IMG/VR virus record: IMGVR_UViG_3300024259_002152
Span: 248,001-312,000 of that record
DNA: 64,000 nt
Strand: one strand, 5' to 3'
In this document: one piece after another, positions 28,320-37,897 of the stretch
How positions within the stretch are numbered: position 1 is the stretch's first letter
Layout of the letters: the number at the start of each line of letters is the position of its first letter
Made by a program: the position numbers and the translations under genes
Notes under the pieces: generated by a model
Database searches by the model: none
What the model was told of the DNA's origin: nothing
Seen by the model: the letters and a program-made list of their open reading frames with translations, nothing else

Positions 28320-29261
28320 ATGGAAAAACAAATAGGATATAAAGACATTTTCCTAAAGCCTCAAAAATGTATTGTTGATAGTCGTATTTTATGCGATACT
28401 TCTGTTAAGTTAGGAAAACAGAAGTTTGATATGCCAGTGATAGCGTCTAATATGAAAAGCGTTGTAAATATTGAAACTTGTAAATTTTTTGCTAGGAATA
28501 ATTGGTTTTATATAATGCATCGTTTTGGAATTAACAGTATTGATTTTATTTTAGAAATGGATAGTGAGGGTTTATTTACCTCTATAAGCATAGGTATTAA
28601 TGATGATTCCTATAAAGAACTAGAGAGAATATATCAAGAAGGTTTATCCATCGATTATATAACAATTGATGTTGCGAATGCATGGTCGGACAAAACTCAT
28701 AGAATGGTTGATTTTATTAAAACAAAATTTCCTGAAATATTTTTAATTGTTGGAAATATAGCTACTTCTGAAGCTATAAAGGAAATACAAACATGGAATA
28801 TTGATGCGGCCAAGATTGGGATTGCTGGAGGAAAAGTTTGCCTTACAAAAAATAAGACGGGTATTCATCGAGGTATGATTAACACCATTTTAGATTGTTG
28901 TCAAGTAGCTGGCGTTCCTATCATAGCAGACGGAGGAATAGTAGAGCATGGAGATGTAGCAAAATCTTTGGCGTGCGGAGCGAGAATGGTAATGGCTGGT
29001 TCTCTTTTTTCGGGTTATGACCAGTCGGCGGGGAACATAATAGAGATAGAAGACAGAATGTATAAAGAGTATTATGGAAGTGCTTCTAAATATAATAAGA
29101 ATGAATATAAAAATGTAGAAGGTAAAAAAATATTGATTGATTATAAAGGGGATATGAATAAATTGCTTATTGAGCTTAAGGAGGACCTACAAAGCTCTAT
29201 TTCCTATACCGGAGGCAATTGCTTAAAAGATTTGAATGGTACTGAATGTTATGTAGTTTAA
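28320..29261 (+). CDS. guaC: GMP reductase
   Basis: SNMKSV, YIMHRF, KIGIAGGKVCLTK, IIADGGI, YYGSAS, VEGK, LQSSISY. Confidence 0.92.
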   Translation: MEKQIGYKDIFLKPQKCIVDSRILCDTSVKLGKQKFDMPVIASNMKSVVNIETCKFFARNNWFYIMHRFGINSIDFILEMDSEGLFTSISIGINDDSYKELERIYQEGLSIDYITIDVANAWSDKTHRMVDFIKTKFPEIFLIVGNIATSEAIKEIQTWNIDAAKIGIAGGKVCLTKNKTGIHRGMINTILDCCQVAGVPIIADGGIVEHGDVAKSLACGARMVMAGSLFSGYDQSAGNIIEIEDRMYKEYYGSASKYNKNEYKNVEGKKILIDYKGDMNKLLIELKEDLQSSISYTGGNCLKDLNGTECYVV

Positions 29262-29278
29262 TTTAAGAAAGGTTTCTA

Positions 29279-29572
29279 ATGAAAGTTAAAATTTTAAAGT
29301 TGGTAAGTGGAGATGATATTATTTCTAATGGCGAATCAAAAAATAATATGATATGTCTTAAAAATCCTGCACGGTTGATGATGTTTCCCTCAGATTCTGG
29401 AGGAATGGGAATGGGGCTAATGCCATGGAATCCCTATTCTGAACAAGAAGAATTTCATATTCATCAAGATCATGTCATAGTAGAGATTGATCCTCCCGAA
29501 GAATTACGTAATGCTTATAATGAGCAATTTGGTTCTGGAATTGTTACCCCTCCTAAAAATATTATAGTTTAA
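29279..29572 (+). CDS. conserved myovirus-type Sm-like small protein
   Basis: KLVSGDDII, LKNP, LMPW.PYS, Y...FGSGIVTP. Confidence 0.6.
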   Translation: MKVKILKLVSGDDIISNGESKNNMICLKNPARLMMFPSDSGGMGMGLMPWNPYSEQEEFHIHQDHVIVEIDPPEELRNAYNEQFGSGIVTPPKNIIV

Positions 29573-29576
29573 AATA

Positions 29577-29867
29577 ATGAGTCCAGAAAAGAAAAATGCT
29601 TTACTGATCTTAGGATTAACAGGGGCAATAGCTATCGTTGTTTCTTTATTTTTGGGAATAATTATCATTACTTTTTTCCCTCTTCTGGTAACTCTATCAT
29701 TACTTTTGTTAGGAGTATTATGTAAGTGGGGGATTGAATGGTGTATAAGAAATAGGCATATATTCAAAATAGCAGAAAGAGCCAATAAAATTAAGAAAAA
29801 GTTAAAGGTAGAGGAAGGCATTAATGTTGTTAAAGAGAGCTATAGAACACTTAAAGAAAAAAAGTAA
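29577..29867 (+). CDS. membrane protein
   Basis: Two hydrophobic segments. Confidence 0.7.
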   Translation: MSPEKKNALLILGLTGAIAIVVSLFLGIIIITFFPLLVTLSLLLLGVLCKWGIEWCIRNRHIFKIAERANKIKKKLKVEEGINVVKESYRTLKEKK

Positions 29868-30141
29868 ATCTCTTTATGCTAGGGTTGTTATCCCAAAGGG
29901 AGATTACTGTTACAAGTTAAAGAAAGTAGTTTATAGTAAAGAGCTTGAACTACCTATTTTTAAAGTTAGAAAATGTCCCTACTGGTGTTGGGATAAAAGA
30001 TATCCATCGGAGGATGTTGGGTATTGTAAATATCTTGGAGAGGGAGATAGGGATGATGGAGGGGGTGGTCTTTTATTTGACCAAATTAAAGAATGTGAGA
30101 TAAACCACTTTAAAGAAGGCGAGTCAGATTGTTATGAGTGA
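29824..30141 (+). CDS. hypothetical Cys-containing protein
   Basis: IPKGDYCY, CPYW, LLFDQIKEC. Confidence 0.7.
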   Translation: MLLKRAIEHLKKKSKSLYARVVIPKGDYCYKLKKVVYSKELELPIFKVRKCPYWCWDKRYPSEDVGYCKYLGEGDRDDGGGGLLFDQIKECEINHFKEGESDCYE

Positions 30142-31084
30142 AATTTTTGATAACGATGGAATGATTGATAGTGTATGGAATGTTTGTAATTTATTTGTGG
30201 GTGAAGGTATTAGCACTCATGTCACTTTGAATGAGTCGGCTATAAAAACAATAGCAAATAATATAGAACATGAGTTGAGTAATAAGAAAGATTATTGGTG
30301 GGGTTATCCTAAGTCTTTCGAAAAAATTAATAATGATGTTCCTTACAAAATACTATATTATGAATTGTTAGCTAGCGCTGTTAACTATCAATACTGGTAT
30401 GGTAAGCACGATATAAGACCTAACGGTGCTTGTGCTAATAAAATGTATAAGATACTTGACGATTCTGTAACTTTTATAGTAGATGAAGTTGATCCTACTT
30501 CTGGTCAAGATTTTGCCGAAGACATTACTAAGATGTTTATTCTTAATTTGTCATTAGCAAGGCTCCCTAATACAGAAAATAGAATAAAACACATAAAAGA
30601 AGTGTCCGCTTTGGTTCAAGAGCATGGTATGGATACGATTAGGCATCTTTCAGATAAAGTATCTCAGAACGATATGGGTATAGAGGAATTTCTTAATATA
30701 ATTGTTTCTAAATTGCCAGGATTTGCAGATGATCTATTTTTGAAAAGAGCTTTTCTTCTGCCTATTATGTTGTATAGAAGATTACAATGGTTCAAAGATG
30801 ATATACACACTGTCCCTGTTCCTGCTGACTACCAGATACCCAAAGTATTGGAAGATTTGGGATGCATTAGTTATAGCTACCTTCTTTCAGAGAAAATACA
30901 GGCGGGAGAATTACTACCTGCTGGCTCTTTAGAAGAGTGTGAGCTTAGGGCAGCTACGGTTATAACGTGTGCAAAATTGGCTGAATTTTCTGGTTGTAAA
31001 ATGTGTGACATAGATACTTTTCTATGGTTAAAAAGTAAAGAAATTGATAGACCATTTCATCTTACTATGACTACAAATTACTAG
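30134..31084 (+). CDS. queuosine salvage protein (Q_salvage/DUF2419, QNG1-like)
   Basis: KRAFL, ADYQIPKVL..LG, E.ELRAA, D.FLW, HLT.T..Y. Confidence 0.85.
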   Translation: MSEIFDNDGMIDSVWNVCNLFVGEGISTHVTLNESAIKTIANNIEHELSNKKDYWWGYPKSFEKINNDVPYKILYYELLASAVNYQYWYGKHDIRPNGACANKMYKILDDSVTFIVDEVDPTSGQDFAEDITKMFILNLSLARLPNTENRIKHIKEVSALVQEHGMDTIRHLSDKVSQNDMGIEEFLNIIVSKLPGFADDLFLKRAFLLPIMLYRRLQWFKDDIHTVPVPADYQIPKVLEDLGCISYSYLLSEKIQAGELLPAGSLEECELRAATVITCAKLAEFSGCKMCDIDTFLWLKSKEIDRPFHLTMTTNY

Positions 31085-31092
31085 GAGATAAA

Positions 31093-31347
31093 ATGTTTGA
31101 CTTATTAATCGGATGTAGGGCTTCACATGCGGAGACACCAGACGAAACTGGAGTTATAGTGAAGGTTGATAGTGAAGATTATGTTTGGATATTAACTAGT
31201 GAAGGACATATATCGTTTGCTAAGCATAAGAATATAAGAATTCATCTTGATGATGTTAAATTTCTACATTCATACAGTAGAAATCATAAAGCAAGACAAA
31301 AAATTATGGAAGGCATCACAAATCGTGCGGAGATTTTGGATTTATAA
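31093..31347 (+). CDS. hypothetical protein with C-terminal RAEILDL tag
   Basis: Ends ITNRAEILDL; AGGAG RBS. Confidence 0.78.
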   Translation: MFDLLIGCRASHAETPDETGVIVKVDSEDYVWILTSEGHISFAKHKNIRIHLDDVKFLHSYSRNHKARQKIMEGITNRAEILDL

Positions 31348-32722
31348 TGAGTATTATTAGGAAATTTAACATATTTTTACAATTTTCTAAAGTTTTTTAG
31401 AGGAATTTTCGATTAAATATATAATAATTAATCAGATGCTTGAACTGAACCTTAAAGTATTTAATATTATATATTTAAGAGTAATTTCTTCTTCCTTTAG
31501 TTCAGTTCAGGAATTAGATTTTACTCTTTTTTTATAAATTATGACTCTAAAAGCATTTAAATTTAGATTAGAGCCTAATTTACAACAAAAAGTTTTGATT
31601 AACAAAACTTTAGGTTGTTGTAGATTTATCTATAATCAAATGCTTAACGAAAAATAAACTAAATACAAAAATTCTGGTAAATCTTCCACTAAAACTGAAA
31701 AAGAATATAAAATAGAGTTTGATTGGTTAAAAGAAGTAGATAGTATTGCTCTTCAGCAATCTCGAATAGATCTAAAGACTGCTTATGATAATTTCTTTAG
31801 AAAAATTAAAGCAGGACAACCTACTAATCTAAGATTTAAATCCAAAAAAAATCCTAAAAACTCTTACAGAACTATAAATATTAATAATTCTATTAGAATA
31901 GCAAACAATACTATTAAACTTCCTAAGTTGGGATTTGTTAAATTTAGAAAATCAAAAGAAATATCAGGAATTATTAAATCAGTCACAATTTCTAAGAATA
32001 TCTTAAATAGATATTATATATCTGTTCTTTGTAGAACAGAGATAGAAAATTTTCCTGAATTAGATGCTAAAATAGGAATAGATGTGGGATTAAAAGATTT
32101 TTGTATTACTTCAAACAATGAATTTGTTTCTAATCCTAAATATTTAAGAACATTAGAACTTAAATTAAAGAAAGCACAAAAAATACTCAGTAAAAGAGCT
32201 AAAGGTGGTAAAAATAGATTTAAACAACAAAAGAGAGTCTTTAAGATACATGAGAAAATCAGAAATCAGAGGTTAGATTTTTTACATAAATTATCTACTA
32301 AACTAATTAACGAAAACCAAGTAATCTGTTTAGAAGATTTACAAGTAAAGAATATGGTAAAAAATCATTATTTGGCTAAAAGTATTTCAGATGCTAGTTG
32401 GAGTAAATTTATAGAATTGCTAAAATACAAAGCGGATTGGTATGGAAGAAATCTAATACAAATAGATAAATTCTTTCCTAGTTCAAAACTTTGTAGTAAT
32501 TGCGGAAGTGCCAAGAAAGATTTGACTCTAAAAGATAGAGAGTATTATTGTAGTTCTTGTGGAATTACAATTGACAGAGATTATAATGCTTCATTAAATA
32601 TTTTGAATGAAGGATTAAAAATATTAAATAGCGGTTGGGACGACCGTGATAGCTTACCAAATATACAAACACTAGTTTGTAGTTCGTAAGAATTATCCAC
32701 CTTAATGGTGGAGGAAGTTCAA
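31348..32722 (+). mobile_element. IS200/IS605-family tnpB-only (IS1341-like) element
   Basis: tnpB; right-end hairpin TCCACC-TTAAT-GGTGGA and terminal TTCAA; excision recreates a 22-nt junction found twice elsewhere. Confidence 0.75.
31541..32689 (+). pseudogene. tnpB: TnpB RNA-guided nuclease with in-frame TAA at 31655-31657
   Basis: MTLKAFKFRLEPN..GCCRFIYN start at 31541, in frame with GIDVG, LEDL, CSNCG/CSSCG, DRDYNAS; stop at codon 39. Confidence 0.85.
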
Positions 32723-32723
32723 A

Positions 32724-33563
32724 ATGGGAACAAATATTTACATTCAAAGTGATTTTATTGAACCTTATGACAATTTTCTTCATGACCCTATGGGAGAGAT
32801 TCGTTGGAAAAGACTTTCTCGCGGAGGAGGAAGTAGAAGGGAAATATTTAAACTCTTGGACAATTATGTGGCAGGTGTTTGCACATATAGAGATCATGTA
32901 GCTCCACATGGAACTGTTCAAGAGCTTTATGATAAGTATGCCGAAAGAGAAATAAATGGCATATGGAATGGTAATTGGGATAAAACTGGCATATGTTCTC
33001 CTTTGAGTGAGATAGTTGTTTATACAGATGAATATGCTCATAGAGGAGAAGGAAAGAAAATATGCAATATAGAAGACTCCATAATAGAATGTCCTGATGC
33101 TTATGCTTCTGTTTTGTTGAGAAATAATCAGGAGTATTCTATTTCTCGCAGAGAGTTATTTATAGGTAATAGACTTTGTTTATTAACTTATGTTTCATTA
33201 ACAGATGCATGGAGATCTAATTGCGGTCATGTAGTAATTATATATGAGGGTCAAAGGAAGTTTCTAGGGAGTTGCAAAATTCCATTTACTCGTCAACCAT
33301 TTACTAACAAGGTTGGTACATTTATAGAATCTCCAATGTTTGCATTTGACTATATAGAGACACCTGTTGCTAGTAGTAGTTATCCTGGTGGTCACCCTGA
33401 AAGATTCTTTGTTGATTTTAACGAAGCTCCTGGTCTTCCAGAACAAGTGGTAATTAATGACTATCTCGATGCTAGAAAAGGAGAATGTGTCGATTTTTCG
33501 GAGATTATTCCTTACGAAGATATCGCTGAAAGCATTGAAAAAACTTTGAAAAGTGAAAATTAA
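32724..33563 (+). CDS. hypothetical protein, possible ATP-grasp fold
   Basis: H.GEGK, WRSN, FAFDY, VDFNEAPG. Confidence 0.5.
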   Translation: MGTNIYIQSDFIEPYDNFLHDPMGEIRWKRLSRGGGSRREIFKLLDNYVAGVCTYRDHVAPHGTVQELYDKYAEREINGIWNGNWDKTGICSPLSEIVVYTDEYAHRGEGKKICNIEDSIIECPDAYASVLLRNNQEYSISRRELFIGNRLCLLTYVSLTDAWRSNCGHVVIIYEGQRKFLGSCKIPFTRQPFTNKVGTFIESPMFAFDYIETPVASSSYPGGHPERFFVDFNEAPGLPEQVVINDYLDARKGECVDFSEIIPYEDIAESIEKTLKSEN

Positions 33564-33584
33564 TTACTATAATAAGGATATTAA

Positions 33585-35180
33585 GTGAGTAAAAAACGAA
33601 GACATTTTTCCGATATCATAGGAATCGACGCTTTTAACGTAATAATAGAAAAAGCTATTAACTCATCAAAAAGGAATAATATGAAAAACGGTCCCGTCAC
33701 TTCTCCAGTAAAATATGGTCAAAACGGAAATGTATCAATACAATCGAAAGTCTCTAAAGATACAGACTTTCTGGATGATTTTCCCGAAGATGCTCAACCA
33801 GAAGTTTGTTCGGACTCTTGCGGGTATGGGGTCAGTCAAGAAGAAAAAGATAGACGATTGGATGAAAATTTAGCAAAGGTTAAATTTGCAGATCAAATTA
33901 AAATAGATTTCATTCCTTCTATTGATTATAGAATACTTTGTAGATTTCTAGGTGTTACTACTGTCAATGAGATAACAAATCATCCTTTTCAATCTCAACC
34001 TCTTATTACTCTTATATTGATGGAGAGTATCGATGGGTTCATGAGACAAGAGGGATATGATATGGTTGGAGAATTGAATTTCGATGATCATGGTAATTCT
34101 ATCCCTCCCGAAAAAAATCCCTGGAACATTAAAGGCAAAGAAACAACTTTTACTATCACTGGTTTTTTATTCTTCGAAAAAATAAAGGGCCAAAAAACAG
34201 ATAATGTTGCTTTCTTTTTGTTCGCGGATTTGGAAAGAGGAGGAGCCTCTATTACCTGCTACAGTACTGATACCAATAAGTCTAAAGATATTGTTAAAGA
34301 CCTACAACAATATGCAAAGAAGAATAACTGTTTAAGAGGAGCTAAACTCAAAGATGTGAATATGATTACAGCGTCATTTTCAGAAGTAGATATAGTCGAA
34401 GATTTTACATGGAACAATTATTACTATTCAGATGAGATCAAAGACCTGTTCCAATTAGAGGTATTTGATTTTATCACTAATGTGGAAAAATATAACGAAT
34501 GTGGTATTAATAAAAGAGGTATCATTCTGCATGGCAGACCAGGATGTGGAAAAACAACTATTGGTAATATTATTTGCAACATGACTCCCAAAAACACGGT
34601 AATCTGGATTACTCCTGAAATATTGTCAGAGAATAATTATAGAGCCATGTCTTCCATAAAAGCTCTTTATAAATTGGCAGATTTCCTTTCTCCTTGTATT
34701 ATTATGTTGGAAGATTTAGATCTATTTAGTCAGGATAGAGATATGGGTGGAGATGTGCTGTCTTTGGGGGCGTTGATGAATATTCTTGATGGTGTTAATA
34801 CTATATCAAATTCCGTTACTATTGGCACTACTAATAGGTTAAAATCGATTGAAACTGCTCTGAGAAATAGACCTGGGAGATTTGATAGAATAGTTGAAAT
34901 AGAATCTCTTTCTACGGAGCTTAGAATTAAAATGCTCAAAGAAAGATTAGATGAATGGAAAGTTTCTCAGGCAACTCTAGATTATATTGTTGGTCAAACT
35001 AAAGATTGGACTGGAGCAGAGGTGCAAGAATTTATTAATAGTTTGAATCTAAAACATATAAGTAGTAAGAGAAAAATCAGGAAGATGGACCAGGCATGGG
35101 CAGAAGAAATTATAGCAACTCTTAGTAATTTTGGAGTGGGAGACGCTAGCTCTGGTTTTGGTTTTAGCAAAAAAGATTAA
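33585..35180 (+). CDS. AAA+ ATPase
   Basis: GRPGCGKT, MLEDLD, TTN, NRPGRFDR. Confidence 0.9.
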   Translation: MSKKRRHFSDIIGIDAFNVIIEKAINSSKRNNMKNGPVTSPVKYGQNGNVSIQSKVSKDTDFLDDFPEDAQPEVCSDSCGYGVSQEEKDRRLDENLAKVKFADQIKIDFIPSIDYRILCRFLGVTTVNEITNHPFQSQPLITLILMESIDGFMRQEGYDMVGELNFDDHGNSIPPEKNPWNIKGKETTFTITGFLFFEKIKGQKTDNVAFFLFADLERGGASITCYSTDTNKSKDIVKDLQQYAKKNNCLRGAKLKDVNMITASFSEVDIVEDFTWNNYYYSDEIKDLFQLEVFDFITNVEKYNECGINKRGIILHGRPGCGKTTIGNIICNMTPKNTVIWITPEILSENNYRAMSSIKALYKLADFLSPCIIMLEDLDLFSQDRDMGGDVLSLGALMNILDGVNTISNSVTIGTTNRLKSIETALRNRPGRFDRIVEIESLSTELRIKMLKERLDEWKVSQATLDYIVGQTKDWTGAEVQEFINSLNLKHISSKRKIRKMDQAWAEEIIATLSNFGVGDASSGFGFSKKD

Positions 35181-35231
35181 AGTTTAAAAGTGAAAATGAC
35201 GATATAACATATGGGTGTTATATTTATACTC

Positions 35232-35269
35232 TCCTAACTCCTTGTTATAAGGGGAGTTAGGATTTTTTT
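35232..35269 (+). terminator. intrinsic terminator candidate
   Basis: TCCTAACTCC...GGAGTTAGGA + T run. Confidence 0.65.
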
Positions 35270-35300
35270 CAAAAATATAGAGAAAAATTATATTTTCTAT

Positions 35301-35328
35301 TTGACTGCAAAGTAGAAAACAGTATAAT
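35301..35328 (+). promoter_or_regulatory. sigma70-type promoter of Ro60 gene
   Basis: TTGACT-N16-TATAAT with AAAGTAGAA in spacer; near-identical block at 56862-56890. Confidence 0.7.
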
Positions 35329-35386
35329 TGCCAAAGTAGAATTCAATATATCTAAATAATTAGGTTGATTTATAAGGAGAACAACA

Positions 35387-37114
35387 ATGGCTAAGTATGC
35401 AAATCATGTAGCGAATCCAAAGACTTCACAAACAAAGAAGGCAAAGAGTACTCAGGTAAAAGGCAGAGCGGGTGGGTATGTTTTCAAGGTCGATGACTGG
35501 ACAAGGCTGAACCGTTTCCTAATCATTGGTAGTGAGAAGGGTTCTTACTATGCCTCTGATCGTGAGTTGACTATGGAGAATTACGACTGCATCCTGAATT
35601 GTTTGAAGTTGGATGCAAAGCGTACTGTCGATACTATTGTAGAGATTAGTGATCAGGGTCGTGCCATTAAGAATGATCCAGCTATCTTTGCATTGGCGGT
35701 ATGCAGTGTTCATGGCGACGAAAAGACCAAAGCATATGCTAATCTAGTTATGCCTAAGGTTGCTCGTTTCTCTACTGCTTTCTTCTCATGGGTTGATTCT
35801 ATCAACACATTGAAGGAAGGTCGTAAGGGTAAGGGTCTGTTAAGAGCCATTGGAAGATGGTATACAGAAAAAGATGCTGTGAAGTTGGCATACCAGATTT
35901 GTAAGTACCCAGGTCGTTCAATAGGTGGCCAAAGATGGACTCACGGGGACGTTTTGCGTCTTGCAAGGATCTCTCCATCTAAGGATGGCAGACCTTCTAG
36001 AAATGGTAGGGCACTAACGATTCCTTCAGAGGACCATGCTACTGTTTTTCATTACGCAACACATGGTATCACAACTGCTGCGACTCTTGCTCAAAGAGAA
36101 AAAGATGCTAAAGCTACTGGTAAGACCCAGGAAGCTCCTGGTATCTCTGTAAAGCAGTATAAAGCTTTGAAGGATAGTAAGCTTAAGTATATCTGGGCAC
36201 ATGAGCAATGTAAGGTTGCGACTAAGAATAGTGAAGTAGTTTCATTAATTAAAAACTACAATCTTACAAGAGAATCTGTCCCTCCACAGTTTAGAAATGA
36301 ATTGTTGGTGCAAAAGGCCCTGCTGCCAGGGATGCCTATGACTGCTTTGATCCGAAATTTGGGAAGCATGACTTCTTCAGGTCTTTTGAAGCCATTGGCT
36401 GATGAGACTTCATTAGTAATCGACAAGATTACAAATGAGGAAATACTGAAGAAGAGTCGTATTCATCCTATGACACTTATGCTGGCATTGAAGACTTACA
36501 GCAGTGGTAGTGGCATGAGGACTACTTGGAAGCCTGTAGGAGCTATCAAAGATGCTATGGAAGATGCTTTCTACAAAGCGTTCAACTATGTTGAGCCAAC
36601 TGGAAAGAAATTTCTTTACGGTATTGATGTTAGTGGTTCTATGGGTTGGTCAGAAGTTAATGGTATGCAAGCACGCGAAGCTGCCGCAGTCGTAGCAATG
36701 ACGTGTGCAAGAACCGAGAAGAACTATGATCTTATGGCTTTTGGTCATGCATTCGTGCCACTTAACATTACCGCTAAGGATAGTTTGGATACTGTGGTTA
36801 GACGAACTGCTAATTTGAATTTTGGCGGAACTGATTGTGCATTACCTATGAAGTATGCAATGAAAAATGGTCTGGATGTTGATGTGTTTGTTGTTCTAAC
36901 GGACAGCGAGACATGGTTTGGTGATATTCATCCATTTGAAGCATTGAAGCAGTATCGCAAGAAGTTCAATAAGAACGCCAAGCTTGCCGTGTTGGCATTT
37001 ACAAGCAATGGCTTTACAATAGCCGACCCAAGCGATGCGGGAATGATGGATATTGTTGGTTTGGATTCTAATGTGCCGAAGGTATTATCTGAATTCGCGG
37101 CAAATAGACTTTAA
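35387..37114 (+). CDS. Ro60/TROVE-domain RNA-binding protein (Rsr-like)
   Basis: AGGYVF..DDW.RL.RFL..GSE.G.YY, MPMTALIRNLG.MT, RIHP, vWA MIDAS DVSGSM, GGTDCALPM, TDSETW. Confidence 0.95.
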   Translation: MAKYANHVANPKTSQTKKAKSTQVKGRAGGYVFKVDDWTRLNRFLIIGSEKGSYYASDRELTMENYDCILNCLKLDAKRTVDTIVEISDQGRAIKNDPAIFALAVCSVHGDEKTKAYANLVMPKVARFSTAFFSWVDSINTLKEGRKGKGLLRAIGRWYTEKDAVKLAYQICKYPGRSIGGQRWTHGDVLRLARISPSKDGRPSRNGRALTIPSEDHATVFHYATHGITTAATLAQREKDAKATGKTQEAPGISVKQYKALKDSKLKYIWAHEQCKVATKNSEVVSLIKNYNLTRESVPPQFRNELLVQKALLPGMPMTALIRNLGSMTSSGLLKPLADETSLVIDKITNEEILKKSRIHPMTLMLALKTYSSGSGMRTTWKPVGAIKDAMEDAFYKAFNYVEPTGKKFLYGIDVSGSMGWSEVNGMQAREAAAVVAMTCARTEKNYDLMAFGHAFVPLNITAKDSLDTVVRRTANLNFGGTDCALPMKYAMKNGLDVDVFVVLTDSETWFGDIHPFEALKQYRKKFNKNAKLAVLAFTSNGFTIADPSDAGMMDIVGLDSNVPKVLSEFAANRL

Positions 37115-37123
37115 TTCCTTTCG

Positions 37124-37156
37124 AGGCAATGGAGCAACCCTCCATTGCCTTTTTTC
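37124..37156 (+). terminator. intrinsic terminator
   Basis: AGGCAATGGAG-CAACC-CTCCATTGCCT + T run. Confidence 0.85.
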
Positions 37157-37208
37157 TTATAAACTGATATTGTCATGGAAGATTATTTTTTATTGTAAGG
37201 AGTATTTC

Positions 37209-37790
37209 ATGTCCCTACAGGATCAGAATCGGATGTTGTATATTTTGCATAAAGATGGAGTAAGTAGACAACACATATCGGCTATAATGAAAGATCTAAA
37301 AACATCAGGGATATTCGATGAACCAGAGGATTTAGAAGGAGTCGCTGAGGAAGATTGGGAGTTAATAGAAGAACAGGCATTTTGGGTATTTGAAAGTGAT
37401 GTGTCAAATAAAGAAAAAATAAATGCTTTAAGGACAATTAAACAGAAACAAGAAGAAATAGAACAAACGAGAATGTCACAATATTTTATGGAGCAAGAAA
37501 GAAGGGTGTTGGCTAAACGCCAAGAGCTTATAGCAGCAGGACTTATAAAACCTGAACCTGTTACTTATTCCCCTCATATGCACATGAGAAGCACTACCAG
37601 ATATGGTAGAACTCCTCTTCATGAAGCAGTAGCTATGAGAGATCTTCGTTTGGTAAGAAAACATCTTCAAAGCGGGAAATACCTTGATAAAGTGGACAAT
37701 AACGGTCATACTGCTATGGAAATGGCTTATTATGAGGGCTATACTGAAGCTTTATCTTTGTTTAAAAAGTATGCAAAAGCCCAAAAATGA
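37209..37790 (+). CDS. ankyrin-repeat protein
   Basis: GRTPLHEAV, DNNGHTAMEMA; AAGGAG RBS. Confidence 0.8.
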   Translation: MSLQDQNRMLYILHKDGVSRQHISAIMKDLKTSGIFDEPEDLEGVAEEDWELIEEQAFWVFESDVSNKEKINALRTIKQKQEEIEQTRMSQYFMEQERRVLAKRQELIAAGLIKPEPVTYSPHMHMRSTTRYGRTPLHEAVAMRDLRLVRKHLQSGKYLDKVDNNGHTAMEMAYYEGYTEALSLFKKYAKAQK

Positions 37791-37800
37791 ATTAATTGAA

Positions 37801-37897
37801 AAATTCCAGACAATGAGTTTTTCAGAATAGTAGCAGTAGAAAGTGTGTTTTTTGAACGATAAAGTGGTTTTTTGACAAGAAACGGAGATTTGCGATG
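37801..37897 (+). repeat. TTCCAGACAA element copy 1 (long ~95-bp form)
   Basis: Core at 37804; similarity to 53275-53370 runs to the ATG. Confidence 0.85.

Noticed and set aside
31655-31657. Stop-codon reassignment (alternative genetic code)
   Set aside because: Single in-frame TAA; TAA, TAG and TGA all terminate otherwise full-length genes in the window
35181-37208. Y RNA flanking the Ro60 gene
   Set aside because: Flanks contain only promoter and terminator hairpins; no tRNA-like T arm or Ro-binding stem visible
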